The translations under genes were made by a program, and so were the position numbers. 43,624 bases of DNA from NCBI GenBank assembly GCA_009908405.1, contig JAAAPG010000020.1:1-43624 (forward strand), given 5' to 3'. The DNA is from Alphaproteobacteria bacterium. Its GTDB lineage: Bacteria; Pseudomonadota; Alphaproteobacteria; Rhodobacterales; Rhodobacteraceae. Each line of letters opens with the position of its first letter. Position 1 is the first letter of the stretch. Below the pieces are notes generated by a model that was not told the DNA's origin, did not search any database, and was given only the letters and a program-made list of their open reading frames with translations. Shown here one piece after another: positions 28,315-36,989 of the stretch.

Positions 28315-29412
28315 TCAGGCCAGACGTTCTCCCGTTTCGGGGGCGAAGTAAGACGCTTTTGACAAGTCGAAACCAACATCCAGGTTTTCACCGGCACGCG
28401 CCACTGTGTCCGCCGAAAGGCGCGATGTGACCTCTTTGCCGCCCAACCGCGCGACCACATAGGTATCCGCCCCGGCGGGTTCGACAACATCGACACGGAC
28501 GGCCCCGCCTTGCAGCGTTTCACCCGCGCGGGCGGAGGCTTCATGCATGTCCTCTGGGCGCAAGCCAAGCAGAATGTCGCCGGTCAGCCCGGCATGACGG
28601 GGCTCGTGCAGACGCAAGGGGTCCGCGCCCTCGCGCGCGATCTCGATCACGCTGCCCTGCCCGTTCGGCGTGGCGCGGGCCGGGATCAGGTTCATGGCTG
28701 GGCTGCCCATGAAATCTGCGACAAAGGTGTTGGCGGGCCGCGTGTAAATCTCGTGCGGCGTGCCGATCTGCTGGATGATGCCGCCTTTCATGACCACGAT
28801 CTTTGTGGCCAGTGTCATCGCCTCGATCTGGTCATGGGTGACGTAGACCATCGACGCCCCCAGGTCCTGATGCAGGCGCTTGATCTCGGTGCGCATTTCG
28901 ACGCGCAGTTTCGCGTCAAGGTTCGACAGCGGCTCGTCGAACAGGAACAAAGCCGGGTCACGGACAAGCGCGCGGCCCATGGCAACCCGCTGGCGCTGAC
29001 CGCCCGACAGTTGCCCCGGACGACGGTTCAGAAGCGGTTCGATCTGCAATTGCCGCGCGACCTCGGCCAATTTCGCCGCTTGCGTCGCCTTGTCCACGCC
29101 ACGCACCTGCATCCCGAAAGTGATGTTCTTCGCCACGCTCATCGTGGGGTAAAGCGCGTAGCTTTGGAACACCATGGCGATGTTGCGGTCCTTGGGGCTG
29201 ACCTGTGTCATGTCCCGGCCCGCGATACGGATCGCACCACCGGTGATCGGCTCCAACCCAGCGATGCAGTTCAGAAGCGTGGATTTGCCACAGCCCGACG
29301 GGCCGACAAGCACCAGAAACTCGCCCTTGTCGATGCTGACATTGATGTCTTTCAGGATCTCTGTCGCGCCGAAGCTCTTGAACAGGCGGTCGACCTCTAG
29401 AATGTGGGACAT
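28315..29412 (-). CDS. Carbohydrate ABC transporter ATP-binding protein (MalK-like)
   Basis: GPSGCGKST, LSGGQRQRVA, FDEPLSNLDAKLR, YVTHDQ. Confidence 0.95.
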   Translation of the reverse strand: MSHILEVDRLFKSFGATEILKDINVSIDKGEFLVLVGPSGCGKSTLLNCIAGLEPITGGAIRIAGRDMTQVSPKDRNIAMVFQSYALYPTMSVAKNITFGMQVRGVDKATQAAKLAEVARQLQIEPLLNRRPGQLSGGQRQRVAMGRALVRDPALFLFDEPLSNLDAKLRVEMRTEIKRLHQDLGASMVYVTHDQIEAMTLATKIVVMKGGIIQQIGTPHEIYTRPANTFVADFMGSPAMNLIPARATPNGQGSVIEIAREGADPLRLHEPRHAGLTGDILLGLRPEDMHEASARAGETLQGGAVRVDVVEPAGADTYVVARLGGKEVTSRLSADTVARAGENLDVGFDLSKASYFAPETGERLA

Positions 29413-29416
29413 GGGA

Positions 29417-30307
29417 TTAACCTTTCACAGAGCCTGCGGTCAGGCCGCGAATGAAGTATTTTCCGGCGACGACATAGACAAGCAAGGTCGGCAAGGCGGC
29501 GATGATCGCGGCGGCCATGTCGACATTGTAGGCTTTGACGCCGGTGGTGGAGTTGACGATGTTGTTCAGCGCGACCGTGATGGGCTGCGTGCCCGCCTGG
29601 CTGAAGGACACGCCGAACAGGAAATCGTTCCAGATCTGGGTGAATTGCCAGATAACGGTCACGACAATGATGGGCAGCGACAGCGGCAGGAATATGGACC
29701 AGAAGATGCGGAAGAACCCTGCCCCGTCGATTTTCGCGGCCTTGGTCAGTTCCGCCGGGATGGTCACGTAATAGTTGCGGAAAAACAGCGTGGTAAAGCC
29801 GATCCCGTAAATGACATGCACGAAGATCAGCCCCGGAATGGTGCCCGCGATGTTCAAGATGCCCAAGGTCCGCGCCATGGGCAGCAGCACCACCTGGAAC
29901 GGGATGAAGCAGCCGAACAGCATCAGCGCGAAGATGACGTTCGCGCCGCGAAAGTTCCATTGCGCCACGACATAGCCATTCATCGCGCCCAGCACGGTCG
30001 AGATCATGACGGCCGGCACGGCCAGCATGACCGAGTTCCAGAAATAGGGCCGCAACCCTTCGCATTGGATGCCGGTGCAGGCGCCGGACCACGCGGTGCG
30101 CCACGCGTCGAAGGTCACTTCGCGCGGCAGGGCGATCAGGCTGCCCGTGCGGATTTCTTCCAGGCTTTTCAACGAGGTCGTCACCATCACGAAAAACGGC
30201 AACAGATACCACACGGCGAACACGGTCAGCATCAGGTACAGTCCCCAGCGCAGCGCGATTTTCAGCGCGCGCGACTGGGTTGGGGCGGTTTGGGTTGCAT
30301 CAGTCAT
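29417..30307 (-). CDS. Carbohydrate ABC transporter permease (MalG-like)
   Basis: Multiple TMs, KAAKIDGA EAA loop, FTQIWNDFLFG. Confidence 0.94.
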   Translation of the reverse strand: MTDATQTAPTQSRALKIALRWGLYLMLTVFAVWYLLPFFVMVTTSLKSLEEIRTGSLIALPREVTFDAWRTAWSGACTGIQCEGLRPYFWNSVMLAVPAVMISTVLGAMNGYVVAQWNFRGANVIFALMLFGCFIPFQVVLLPMARTLGILNIAGTIPGLIFVHVIYGIGFTTLFFRNYYVTIPAELTKAAKIDGAGFFRIFWSIFLPLSLPIIVVTVIWQFTQIWNDFLFGVSFSQAGTQPITVALNNIVNSTTGVKAYNVDMAAAIIAALPTLLVYVVAGKYFIRGLTAGSVKG

Positions 30308-31169
30308 GTTTCGCCCTCAATTCGGAATAGAGGTAAGGCACCACGATGGCGAAGACGATCATCATCATGACCATCGCACTGGAGGCCGCCTGCCCGATAT
30401 CGCCGCGCGAAAACGCCATGGCATACATGTAGGTCGCGGGCAGGTCGGTGGCGTAGCCCGGCCCCCCGCCGGTCAGCGCGATGACCAGGTCGAAGCTCTT
30501 GATCGCCAGGTGCGACAGCACGATGAAGGCGGACAGGAAGATCGGTGCCATGCTCGGTATGATGATGGCCGTATAAATGCGGTGGGTCGGAATGCCATCG
30601 ACCTGCGCGGCCTTGATGATTTCGCCATCCACCGACCGCAGCCCTGCCAGAAACAGCGCCATCACGAAGCCCGACGCTTGCCAGACGCCCGCGATGACCA
30701 CGGTGTAGATGGCCATGTCGGGATCGGTGATCCAGTCGAAGGTGAAGTTGTCGAACCCCCAGCCGCGCACCATGGATTCCAGGCCAAGGCCGGGGTTCAG
30801 CATCCATTTCCACGCCGTGCCGGTCACGATCAGCGACAGCGCCATCGGGTACAGGTAGACGGTGCGCAACACGCCTTCGGTGCGGATTTTCTGGTCCAGG
30901 AAAATCGCCAGCAGCAGGCCCAGCAACATGGCAATTCCGATGAACAACACGCCGAACACGAACAGGTTGTTGAGCGCGACCTCCCACCGGGGGGAGGCGA
31001 AAAGCCGTTCATACTGGATGGGGCCGACCAGGTCGTAATTCGGCAGCAGGCGCGAGCGGGTCAGGCTGACCCAGGCCGTCCAACCGATGAAGCCGTAGAC
31101 GAAAAGCAGGGCCGCGATGAAACTGGGTGCCAGAACGAGCTTCGGCACATGGCGTTCAAGCCATTGCAT
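30300..31169 (-). CDS. Carbohydrate ABC transporter permease (MalF-like)
   Basis: MQWLERH start; YLYPMALS, KAAQVDG, KSFDLVIALTGGGPG. Confidence 0.94.
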   Translation of the reverse strand: MQWLERHVPKLVLAPSFIAALLFVYGFIGWTAWVSLTRSRLLPNYDLVGPIQYERLFASPRWEVALNNLFVFGVLFIGIAMLLGLLLAIFLDQKIRTEGVLRTVYLYPMALSLIVTGTAWKWMLNPGLGLESMVRGWGFDNFTFDWITDPDMAIYTVVIAGVWQASGFVMALFLAGLRSVDGEIIKAAQVDGIPTHRIYTAIIIPSMAPIFLSAFIVLSHLAIKSFDLVIALTGGGPGYATDLPATYMYAMAFSRGDIGQAASSAMVMMMIVFAIVVPYLYSELRAKHD

Positions 31170-31270
31170 GGGAAGCCTCCCTTCATGTGGGGAACGGGGC
31201 GACGCGACACGTCGCCAGCGGCGAGGCCGCCGCAAGGATGGGCCGGGCAGAACCGCCCGGCCCGGTTGGC

Positions 31271-32515
31271 TTACATGGAGTTGGCGACCGCGTCTGCCAG
31301 CATTTGCACAGCGTCGTCAGAGGACATGTCGCTGTTGAAATGCGCGGTCACGACATCGGTGATCGCCCCCGCCTGCGCACCACGCAGCGCCATGCCATGT
31401 GCGTAGGACGGCAGCAGCGAACCCGCTTCGGACGTGGCGGCCATGTCATTGGCCGAAGTCACGGCGCAGCTGTCGAACTCGTCCAGCGCAACGTCGCTGC
31501 GCACCGGGATGGACCCCTTGTTCAGGTTGAACACTTTCTGGAAGTTCTCGCCCACGATCAGCTCTGCCAGCAGGGCCTGACCATCCTGCGCGTCCTCGCC
31601 CTCGACCTCGAACATGGCAAAGCTGTCGACATTGTACAGGTAGCCGTCACCGGGGGTCGATGCACACAGGAAATCCTCGCCCGGCACCTGGCCGGCAGCA
31701 AGGAATTCGCCCTTGGCCCAGTCGCCCATGATCTGGAAGGCGGCTTCGCCATTCATGACCATCGCGGTGGCAAGGTTCCAGTCACGCCCCGAGAAGTTGT
31801 CATCGACATAGCCGCGCATGGTGCGCATCTGGTCGAAGGCGGCTTTCATCGTGTCGGATGTCAGCGCATCCATGTCGAGGTCGATCAGCGCCGAGCGGAA
31901 GAATTCCGGCCCGCCCAGACCCAGCACGACGGTTTCGAACACGGTCGCGTCCTGCCACGCTTGGCCACCATGCGCCAAGGGCGTGACGCCCGCGGCTTGC
32001 AGCTTGTCGGCGGCGGCGTTGAATTCGTCCCAGTTGCCCGGCATTTCAATGCCGTGCTCGTCCAGGATGGCCTTGTTCGCCCAGACCCAGTCCACGCGGT
32101 GCACGTTCACGGGCGCGGCGCACCATGTGCCCTCGCACTGCATATGCCCGGCGATGGAGGCGGGCAGGATTTCCGCCCAGTTTTCGGCCTCTGCCACGGC
32201 AGAGATATCGGCCAGAACGCCTTCTTCGTACCATTCCTGGATGGCCGGGCCTTTGAGCTGCACGGCGGTCGGCGCATTGCCCGACAGCACGCGGGCGCGC
32301 AGCGCGGTCATGGCCGCGTCACCACCACCACCGGCCACGGGCATGTCGGTCCATTCACCGCCACGGCTGGCGAATTCTTCCTGCAACACGGCCACGGCAC
32401 GCGCTTCGCCGCCAGAGGTCCACCAGTGCAGCACTTCGGCTTGCGGTTCGGCCAGCGCAGCACCGGCCACGCAGAAAGACGCGACAGACGTCGCAAGAAT
32501 CGTTTTCATAGTCAT
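31271..32515 (-). CDS. Sugar ABC transporter substrate-binding protein (glucose/mannose type)
   Basis: Signal peptide; EVLHWWTSGGEA, PVNVHR, GDWAKGEF, KGSIP motifs as in Pseudomonas-type glucose-binding proteins; GGAGGA RBS. Confidence 0.9.
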   Translation of the reverse strand: MTMKTILATSVASFCVAGAALAEPQAEVLHWWTSGGEARAVAVLQEEFASRGGEWTDMPVAGGGGDAAMTALRARVLSGNAPTAVQLKGPAIQEWYEEGVLADISAVAEAENWAEILPASIAGHMQCEGTWCAAPVNVHRVDWVWANKAILDEHGIEMPGNWDEFNAAADKLQAAGVTPLAHGGQAWQDATVFETVVLGLGGPEFFRSALIDLDMDALTSDTMKAAFDQMRTMRGYVDDNFSGRDWNLATAMVMNGEAAFQIMGDWAKGEFLAAGQVPGEDFLCASTPGDGYLYNVDSFAMFEVEGEDAQDGQALLAELIVGENFQKVFNLNKGSIPVRSDVALDEFDSCAVTSANDMAATSEAGSLLPSYAHGMALRGAQAGAITDVVTAHFNSDMSSDDAVQMLADAVANSM

Positions 32516-32629
32516 GAGCATCCTCCCAGATGGTTGGCGGGACATCCGCCAGACGCGGCAACCATGACGCAACCCATGCACCCCGCGCAACGCCCATATG
32601 AACCTGCATTGACCGATTTTCGCGCCGAT

Positions 32630-32646
32630 TGTTACAGGCTGTTACA
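32630..32646. promoter_or_regulatory. TGTTACA direct repeat, candidate OmpR-family operator
   Basis: TGTTACA-ggc-TGTTACA with 10-bp period in the divergent SBP/response regulator spacer. Confidence 0.6.
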
Positions 32647-32702
32647 AAACCCGCGCGCTTGGTGCTAAACCGAATTCATTCGCGGCTTGGAGGAGAGCGC
32701 AG

Positions 32703-33431
32703 ATGACCATTCCCCGCCTGTTGGTGGTCGATGACGACACGGATATGTGCGCGATGATGGTCGGCTGGCTGCAACGCAACGGCTTTTTCGTGGCGGGGGT
32801 GCAGGATGGCGCGGGCGTGGTGCAGCAAATGGCGGCGGGCCGGGTGGACCTGATCTTGCTGGATGTCATGCTGGGCGATGAAAGCGGGCTGCGTATATGT
32901 CAGCAGTTGCGCCAAGAGCATGACGTGCCGATCATCATGGTCTCGGCGCTGTCGGCCGATGACAACCGCATGGCGGGGTATCGGTCTGGGGCGGATGATT
33001 ACATCGCCAAACCCTTCAACCCGGACCTGCTGGTGGCCCGCGTGCGCGCGGTGCTGCGGCGCACCCGGCGCGCGGCGTCGCTGGCCTATCGGCGGCAAGC
33101 GCGGGTCTACCGCTTCGCGGGCTGGCGCTTCGACACCCGAGAGGGCAGCGCCCACGCGCCCGGCGGGTATCAGGTGGCGCTGTCGGCGCGCGAGCGGCAA
33201 TTGTTGCAGGTGTTTCTGGCGAACCCGGAAATCCCCCTCTCGCGAGAGGAAATTGCCGAAGCGATGGACGTTCCGGGCGAAGGCGCGGAGCCCGCCGAAG
33301 GCCGCGCCATCGACATGCTGGTGGGCCGCCTTCGCAGCAAGATCGAGGACGCGCCGAAAGACCCCGTGCTGATCCGCACCGCGCGCGGGGTGGGCTACGT
33401 GCTGGCCTGCCCGGTCGAGGCAGACGCATGA
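32703..33431 (+). CDS. OmpR-family response regulator
   Basis: LVVDDD, LLDVML, GADDYIAKPF, winged helix RAIDMLVGRLRSKIE...TARGVGY. Confidence 0.95.
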   Translation: MTIPRLLVVDDDTDMCAMMVGWLQRNGFFVAGVQDGAGVVQQMAAGRVDLILLDVMLGDESGLRICQQLRQEHDVPIIMVSALSADDNRMAGYRSGADDYIAKPFNPDLLVARVRAVLRRTRRAASLAYRRQARVYRFAGWRFDTREGSAHAPGGYQVALSARERQLLQVFLANPEIPLSREEIAEAMDVPGEGAEPAEGRAIDMLVGRLRSKIEDAPKDPVLIRTARGVGYVLACPVEADA

Positions 33432-34858
33432 TCCGCAGCCTGCGCGGCTGGGCCAGCCTGTGGATACTGGCGGCCATGGGCGCGGGCGTGCTGGCGGCGT
33501 GGCTGTGGCTGTCCTCGACCGCGGCCTGGCGCGATCACCTGGACCGCGCGGCGCGGACCGGGCGCGATCTGGCGGCGTCGGTTCTGTTGGGCGCGCCTGT
33601 GCCCGGCGACACGCGGCTGGTGCCGTTGGGGCGCGCAGATCCCCCTCCCGGCGCGGATGCGGCCGGGATGCGGTCCTCGGCGCGCATCACCGCGCTGGCC
33701 TTTCGTCAGTCCCGCCCGGATGCCGCGGGCGCGCGCTTGCAGGTGCAGGTGGTCAGCCCGACCCTGCAATACCCGGTGGCCGATCTAAGTGCAGCGGGTG
33801 CGTATGACGGGATGGCGGCGCTGTCGCGCAGCCTTGCGCGGCTATGTTCCGACCCTGTCCTGTTTCTGCGTGCCGATAATGGCCCGTGGTGGCGGGCGGA
33901 AAGCCCGCTTTGGTCTTGTGCCGCGCAACCGCGCGACTGGCGGATCGCGGCGTTCTTGTTGGCCGGTGTGGCACTGATGGCCCTGCTCAGCCATGCCGCC
34001 GATATGACCGCCGGGTTCCGCGATTTCGCGCGCGGCCTGGCCACGCGCCGCCGCCCCGGCGAAACCGCCGATCTGGCGCTGACCGGCCCGGACGAATTAC
34101 GCGCCACGATCACCGCCGTGAACGGCTATCTGGCCGACGAGCGCGCGCGCCTTTCGCGCCGCGCCATGGTGCTGTCGGGCGTCAGCCATGACCTTGGCAC
34201 GCCGGCCACGCGCCTGCGCCTGCGCGCGGCCCTGATCGAGGATGCCGCTCTGCGCGCCCGGTTCGAGGAAGATCTGGACCGCATGGGCGCGATGATCGAG
34301 GAAGTCCTGACCTTCACCCGCGCCGAGATCGCCGCCGAGGGCGTGCGCGAGTTCTGTTTAGCCGCTTTGACCGAAGCGGTGGTCGATGATTACCGCGATA
34401 CGGGCCGCCCGGTGGGCATGACACTGGCCGCCCCCGCCAGCATGGACACGGCGCAAACCGTGTTCGCGCTTGGCCGCCCGCGCCGCATGGCGCTGCCGGA
34501 AACGCGGCGGCTGCTCTTCATCGGTCGTCCCCTTGCGCTGGAACGCGCACTATCGAACCTGATCGAGAATGCGCTGAAATACGGTCGCCGCGCCGATATC
34601 ACCCTGCGCGCCGATTCCGCACGCGTGGTTCTGGAAGTGCAGGATGCGGGCCGCGAGCTGGACGCCGAAAGCCTGCGCCGCCTGACCGACCCGTTCCAGC
34701 GCGGCGACAACACGACAGATGCCGATGGCACGCCGATTTCGGGCTTTGGCATGGGCCTGAGCATAGTCGCGACCATCGCCGCGCAGCATGGGGGCGAGCT
34801 GGAATTCGAACAGCGCCCCGACGGGTTGTGCGCGCGGCTGGTCCTGCCGCGCGGCTGA
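33428..34858 (+). CDS. Sensor histidine kinase
   Basis: Two TMs, SHDLGTP H-box, NLIENALKYG, GFGMGLSIV; ATGA coupled to the regulator. Confidence 0.93.
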   Translation: MIRSLRGWASLWILAAMGAGVLAAWLWLSSTAAWRDHLDRAARTGRDLAASVLLGAPVPGDTRLVPLGRADPPPGADAAGMRSSARITALAFRQSRPDAAGARLQVQVVSPTLQYPVADLSAAGAYDGMAALSRSLARLCSDPVLFLRADNGPWWRAESPLWSCAAQPRDWRIAAFLLAGVALMALLSHAADMTAGFRDFARGLATRRRPGETADLALTGPDELRATITAVNGYLADERARLSRRAMVLSGVSHDLGTPATRLRLRAALIEDAALRARFEEDLDRMGAMIEEVLTFTRAEIAAEGVREFCLAALTEAVVDDYRDTGRPVGMTLAAPASMDTAQTVFALGRPRRMALPETRRLLFIGRPLALERALSNLIENALKYGRRADITLRADSARVVLEVQDAGRELDAESLRRLTDPFQRGDNTTDADGTPISGFGMGLSIVATIAAQHGGELEFEQRPDGLCARLVLPRG

Positions 34859-34860
34859 GT

Positions 34861-35718
34861 TTACCGGTCTTGCGACGCAAGGAACCCGATAATGTTGATC
34901 CGCTCCTGTTCGTCGCTGACGCCGGGATACGCCATGCGGTTGCCGGGCAGGTAGTCATCCGGGTTAACCAACCATTCGTTCAAGCGTTCCGGGGTCCAGA
35001 CGCCCTCTGCCTCCATCAGGGCATCCGAATAGCGCCAGTCGCCAACGGCGCCGATATCGCGCCCGACAATGCCGACAAGATGCGGTCCACCGCCGTTGCG
35101 CTCGTTGTCGTATTGGTGGCAGGCAGAACACTGGCGGAATGCGCTTTCGCCCGCGTCGATATCGGCGCTGGCCAGCAGCGTCGCCCCGGCCATCGGGTCG
35201 GCGGCCGGGGCGTCGGCCTGCGCGACCTCGGTCTCGGTCGTGTCAGCGTCTGGCGCGGCGGCTTCGGTGCTTTCCGACGCGTCCTCTACCGTGGTGTCGG
35301 CTTCGGCGGTTTCGGTGCTTTCCGACGCGTCCTCTACCGTGGTGTCGGCTTCGGCGGTTTCGGCGGCGTCGCCAACCGCTTCCGCTTCGGCGGTTTCCAC
35401 CTCTGCGGCAGGCTCTTCGGCTGTCGGCTCTGCCTCGGCGGTTTCCGCGGTTTCGACAGGTGTTTCGGTCGCGGGCTCTTCTTCGGCCATCTCCATGTCA
35501 GCCGAGGAGTCGTCCCCGGTTTCGGCGCTTGCCATGTCGACGCGTTCTTCCGCGTCGGGCGCGTCCGCGACCTGTTGCGCAGGATCGCGGGGTGCACCCT
35601 CGCTGAAACTCTGGATTGTCACGAGCAGCAACAACAGCGCGAGGCCGCCGAAGGTTCCGACGCGCAGCAATTTGTCGGCAGGGCTCATCTTGTCGATCGG
35701 GTCTTGGCTTGGGGGCAT
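34861..35718 (-). CDS. Membrane-anchored class I cytochrome c (cytochrome cy/CycM-like) with a long acidic linker
   Basis: N-terminal TM, about 140-aa Glu/Ala/Thr linker, CSACH, GPHLVG, PGNRMAY. Confidence 0.88.
   Translation of the reverse strand: MPPSQDPIDKMSPADKLLRVGTFGGLALLLLLVTIQSFSEGAPRDPAQQVADAPDAEERVDMASAETGDDSSADMEMAEEEPATETPVETAETAEAEPTAEEPAAEVETAEAEAVGDAAETAEADTTVEDASESTETAEADTTVEDASESTEAAAPDADTTETEVAQADAPAADPMAGATLLASADIDAGESAFRQCSACHQYDNERNGGGPHLVGIVGRDIGAVGDWRYSDALMEAEGVWTPERLNEWLVNPDDYLPGNRMAYPGVSDEQERINIIGFLASQDR
35263..35358. repeat. Perfect 48-bp tandem duplication (2 copies) in the cytochrome linker
   Basis: TTCGGTGCTTTCCGACGCGTCCTCTACCGTGGTGTCGGCTTCGGCGGT at 35263-35310 and 35311-35358; encodes a 16-aa unit TAEADTTVEDASESTE. 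Confidence 0.97.
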
Positions 35719-35813
35719 TTGATCCTCTGGTTCTCAGTTCGAAAATTAGACGCAATCAGTGATCTAAGTGTTAAGGCCAACAAGTAAACTTGGCCCGAAC
35801 ACCAGAACGCCGT

Positions 35814-36806
35814 TTAACCGTTCACGTCGACCACGACACGCCCCTTGACCTGCCCTTTCAGGATGTCCGCACCAAGTTGCGGCAGGTCTTGCAGGCGCGC
35901 AGGCTGGATCATCGCCTCCAGCTTTTCCATCGGCAGGTCGGCGGCAATGCGCCGCCACGCACGCAGGCGGTTGTCATAGGGTTGCAGCACGGAATCGATC
36001 CCCAGCAGGTTCACGCCGCGCAGCAGGAAGGGGACCACGGTTGCAGGCAGGCCCGCGCCCCCGGCCAAGCCCACCGCCGCCACCGAGGCGCGGTATTTCA
36101 TCTGCCCCAGCACCCGCGCCAGCATCGCGCCGCCGACAGCATCGACGCACCCGGCCCATGTTTCGGATTCCAGCGGGCGCTTGACGGTTTCGTTCAGATC
36201 ATCGCGCGGAACGATGGTCGTTGCGCCCAGATCGCGCAGGTAGCTTTCGGTTTCGGGCCGCCCGGTGACGGCGGCGACCTCGTGCCCCAAAGCCGACAGG
36301 ATCGCAACGGCCACCGACCCGACACCGCCCGCAGCCCCCGTGACCAGCACGGGGCCGTCGCCCGGTTTCAGCCCGTGATCTTCCAAGGCCATGACGGCCA
36401 GCATGGCCGTAAAGCCCGCCGTGCCCACGGCCATGGCCTGCCGCGCCGTAATGCCGTTCGGCAAGGGAACCAGCCAGTCGGCCTTGACACGGGCCTTCTG
36501 CGCGTAGCCGCCCCAATGCGCCTCGCCCACGCGCCAGCCGGTCAGCACCACGGCATCGCCGGGCGTGTAGCGCGGATCGTCGGACGCTTCGACCGTGCCC
36601 GCGAAATCAATGCCCGGCACATGGGGGTAGTTGCGCACCAAGCCTCCGCCCGGCCCGATGCAAAGCCCGTCCTTGTAATTGACCGTGCTGTAGTCCACCG
36701 CGACCGTAACCTCGCCCGCGGGCAGGCGGTCCTCGGTCATGTCCTGCACGGCGGCCTTGGTGGTGCCATCTTCCAGCTTCTCGACCACGAGCGCCTTGAA
36801 TGTCAT
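35814..36806 (-). CDS. acuI: Acryloyl-CoA reductase AcuI (YhdH-family MDR oxidoreductase)
   Basis: STVNYKDGL, VPGIDFAG, GWRVGEAHWGGY, TGAAGGVGS, PFLLRGVNLLGIDSV. Confidence 0.88.
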   Translation of the reverse strand: MTFKALVVEKLEDGTTKAAVQDMTEDRLPAGEVTVAVDYSTVNYKDGLCIGPGGGLVRNYPHVPGIDFAGTVEASDDPRYTPGDAVVLTGWRVGEAHWGGYAQKARVKADWLVPLPNGITARQAMAVGTAGFTAMLAVMALEDHGLKPGDGPVLVTGAAGGVGSVAVAILSALGHEVAAVTGRPETESYLRDLGATTIVPRDDLNETVKRPLESETWAGCVDAVGGAMLARVLGQMKYRASVAAVGLAGGAGLPATVVPFLLRGVNLLGIDSVLQPYDNRLRAWRRIAADLPMEKLEAMIQPARLQDLPQLGADILKGQVKGRVVVDVNG

Positions 36807-36989
36807 TTACGCGTCCTTTCCTGTTTGCCGCAAAGCCTAATCCAGCCCCTGCCCCGTGACCATGCCCGGCTTGCAGATTTTTCCGGCAGCGTCCGATGCC
36901 CGGCGCACCAATACAGGATTTCCCATTGTGACGCGCGCGAATTTCAGACTTAACTGCGCGAAACTGCCCTCGCATGTCAAAGGCCCTGC

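Noticed and set aside
35263-35363. 48-bp repeat as a CRISPR or mobile-element signature
   Set aside because: Two adjacent copies, no spacers, in frame within a coding linker; no cas genes.
35746-35759. FNR-box-like TTAGA-N4-ATCAG upstream of the cytochrome c
   Set aside because: Four mismatches to TTGAT-N4-ATCAA.
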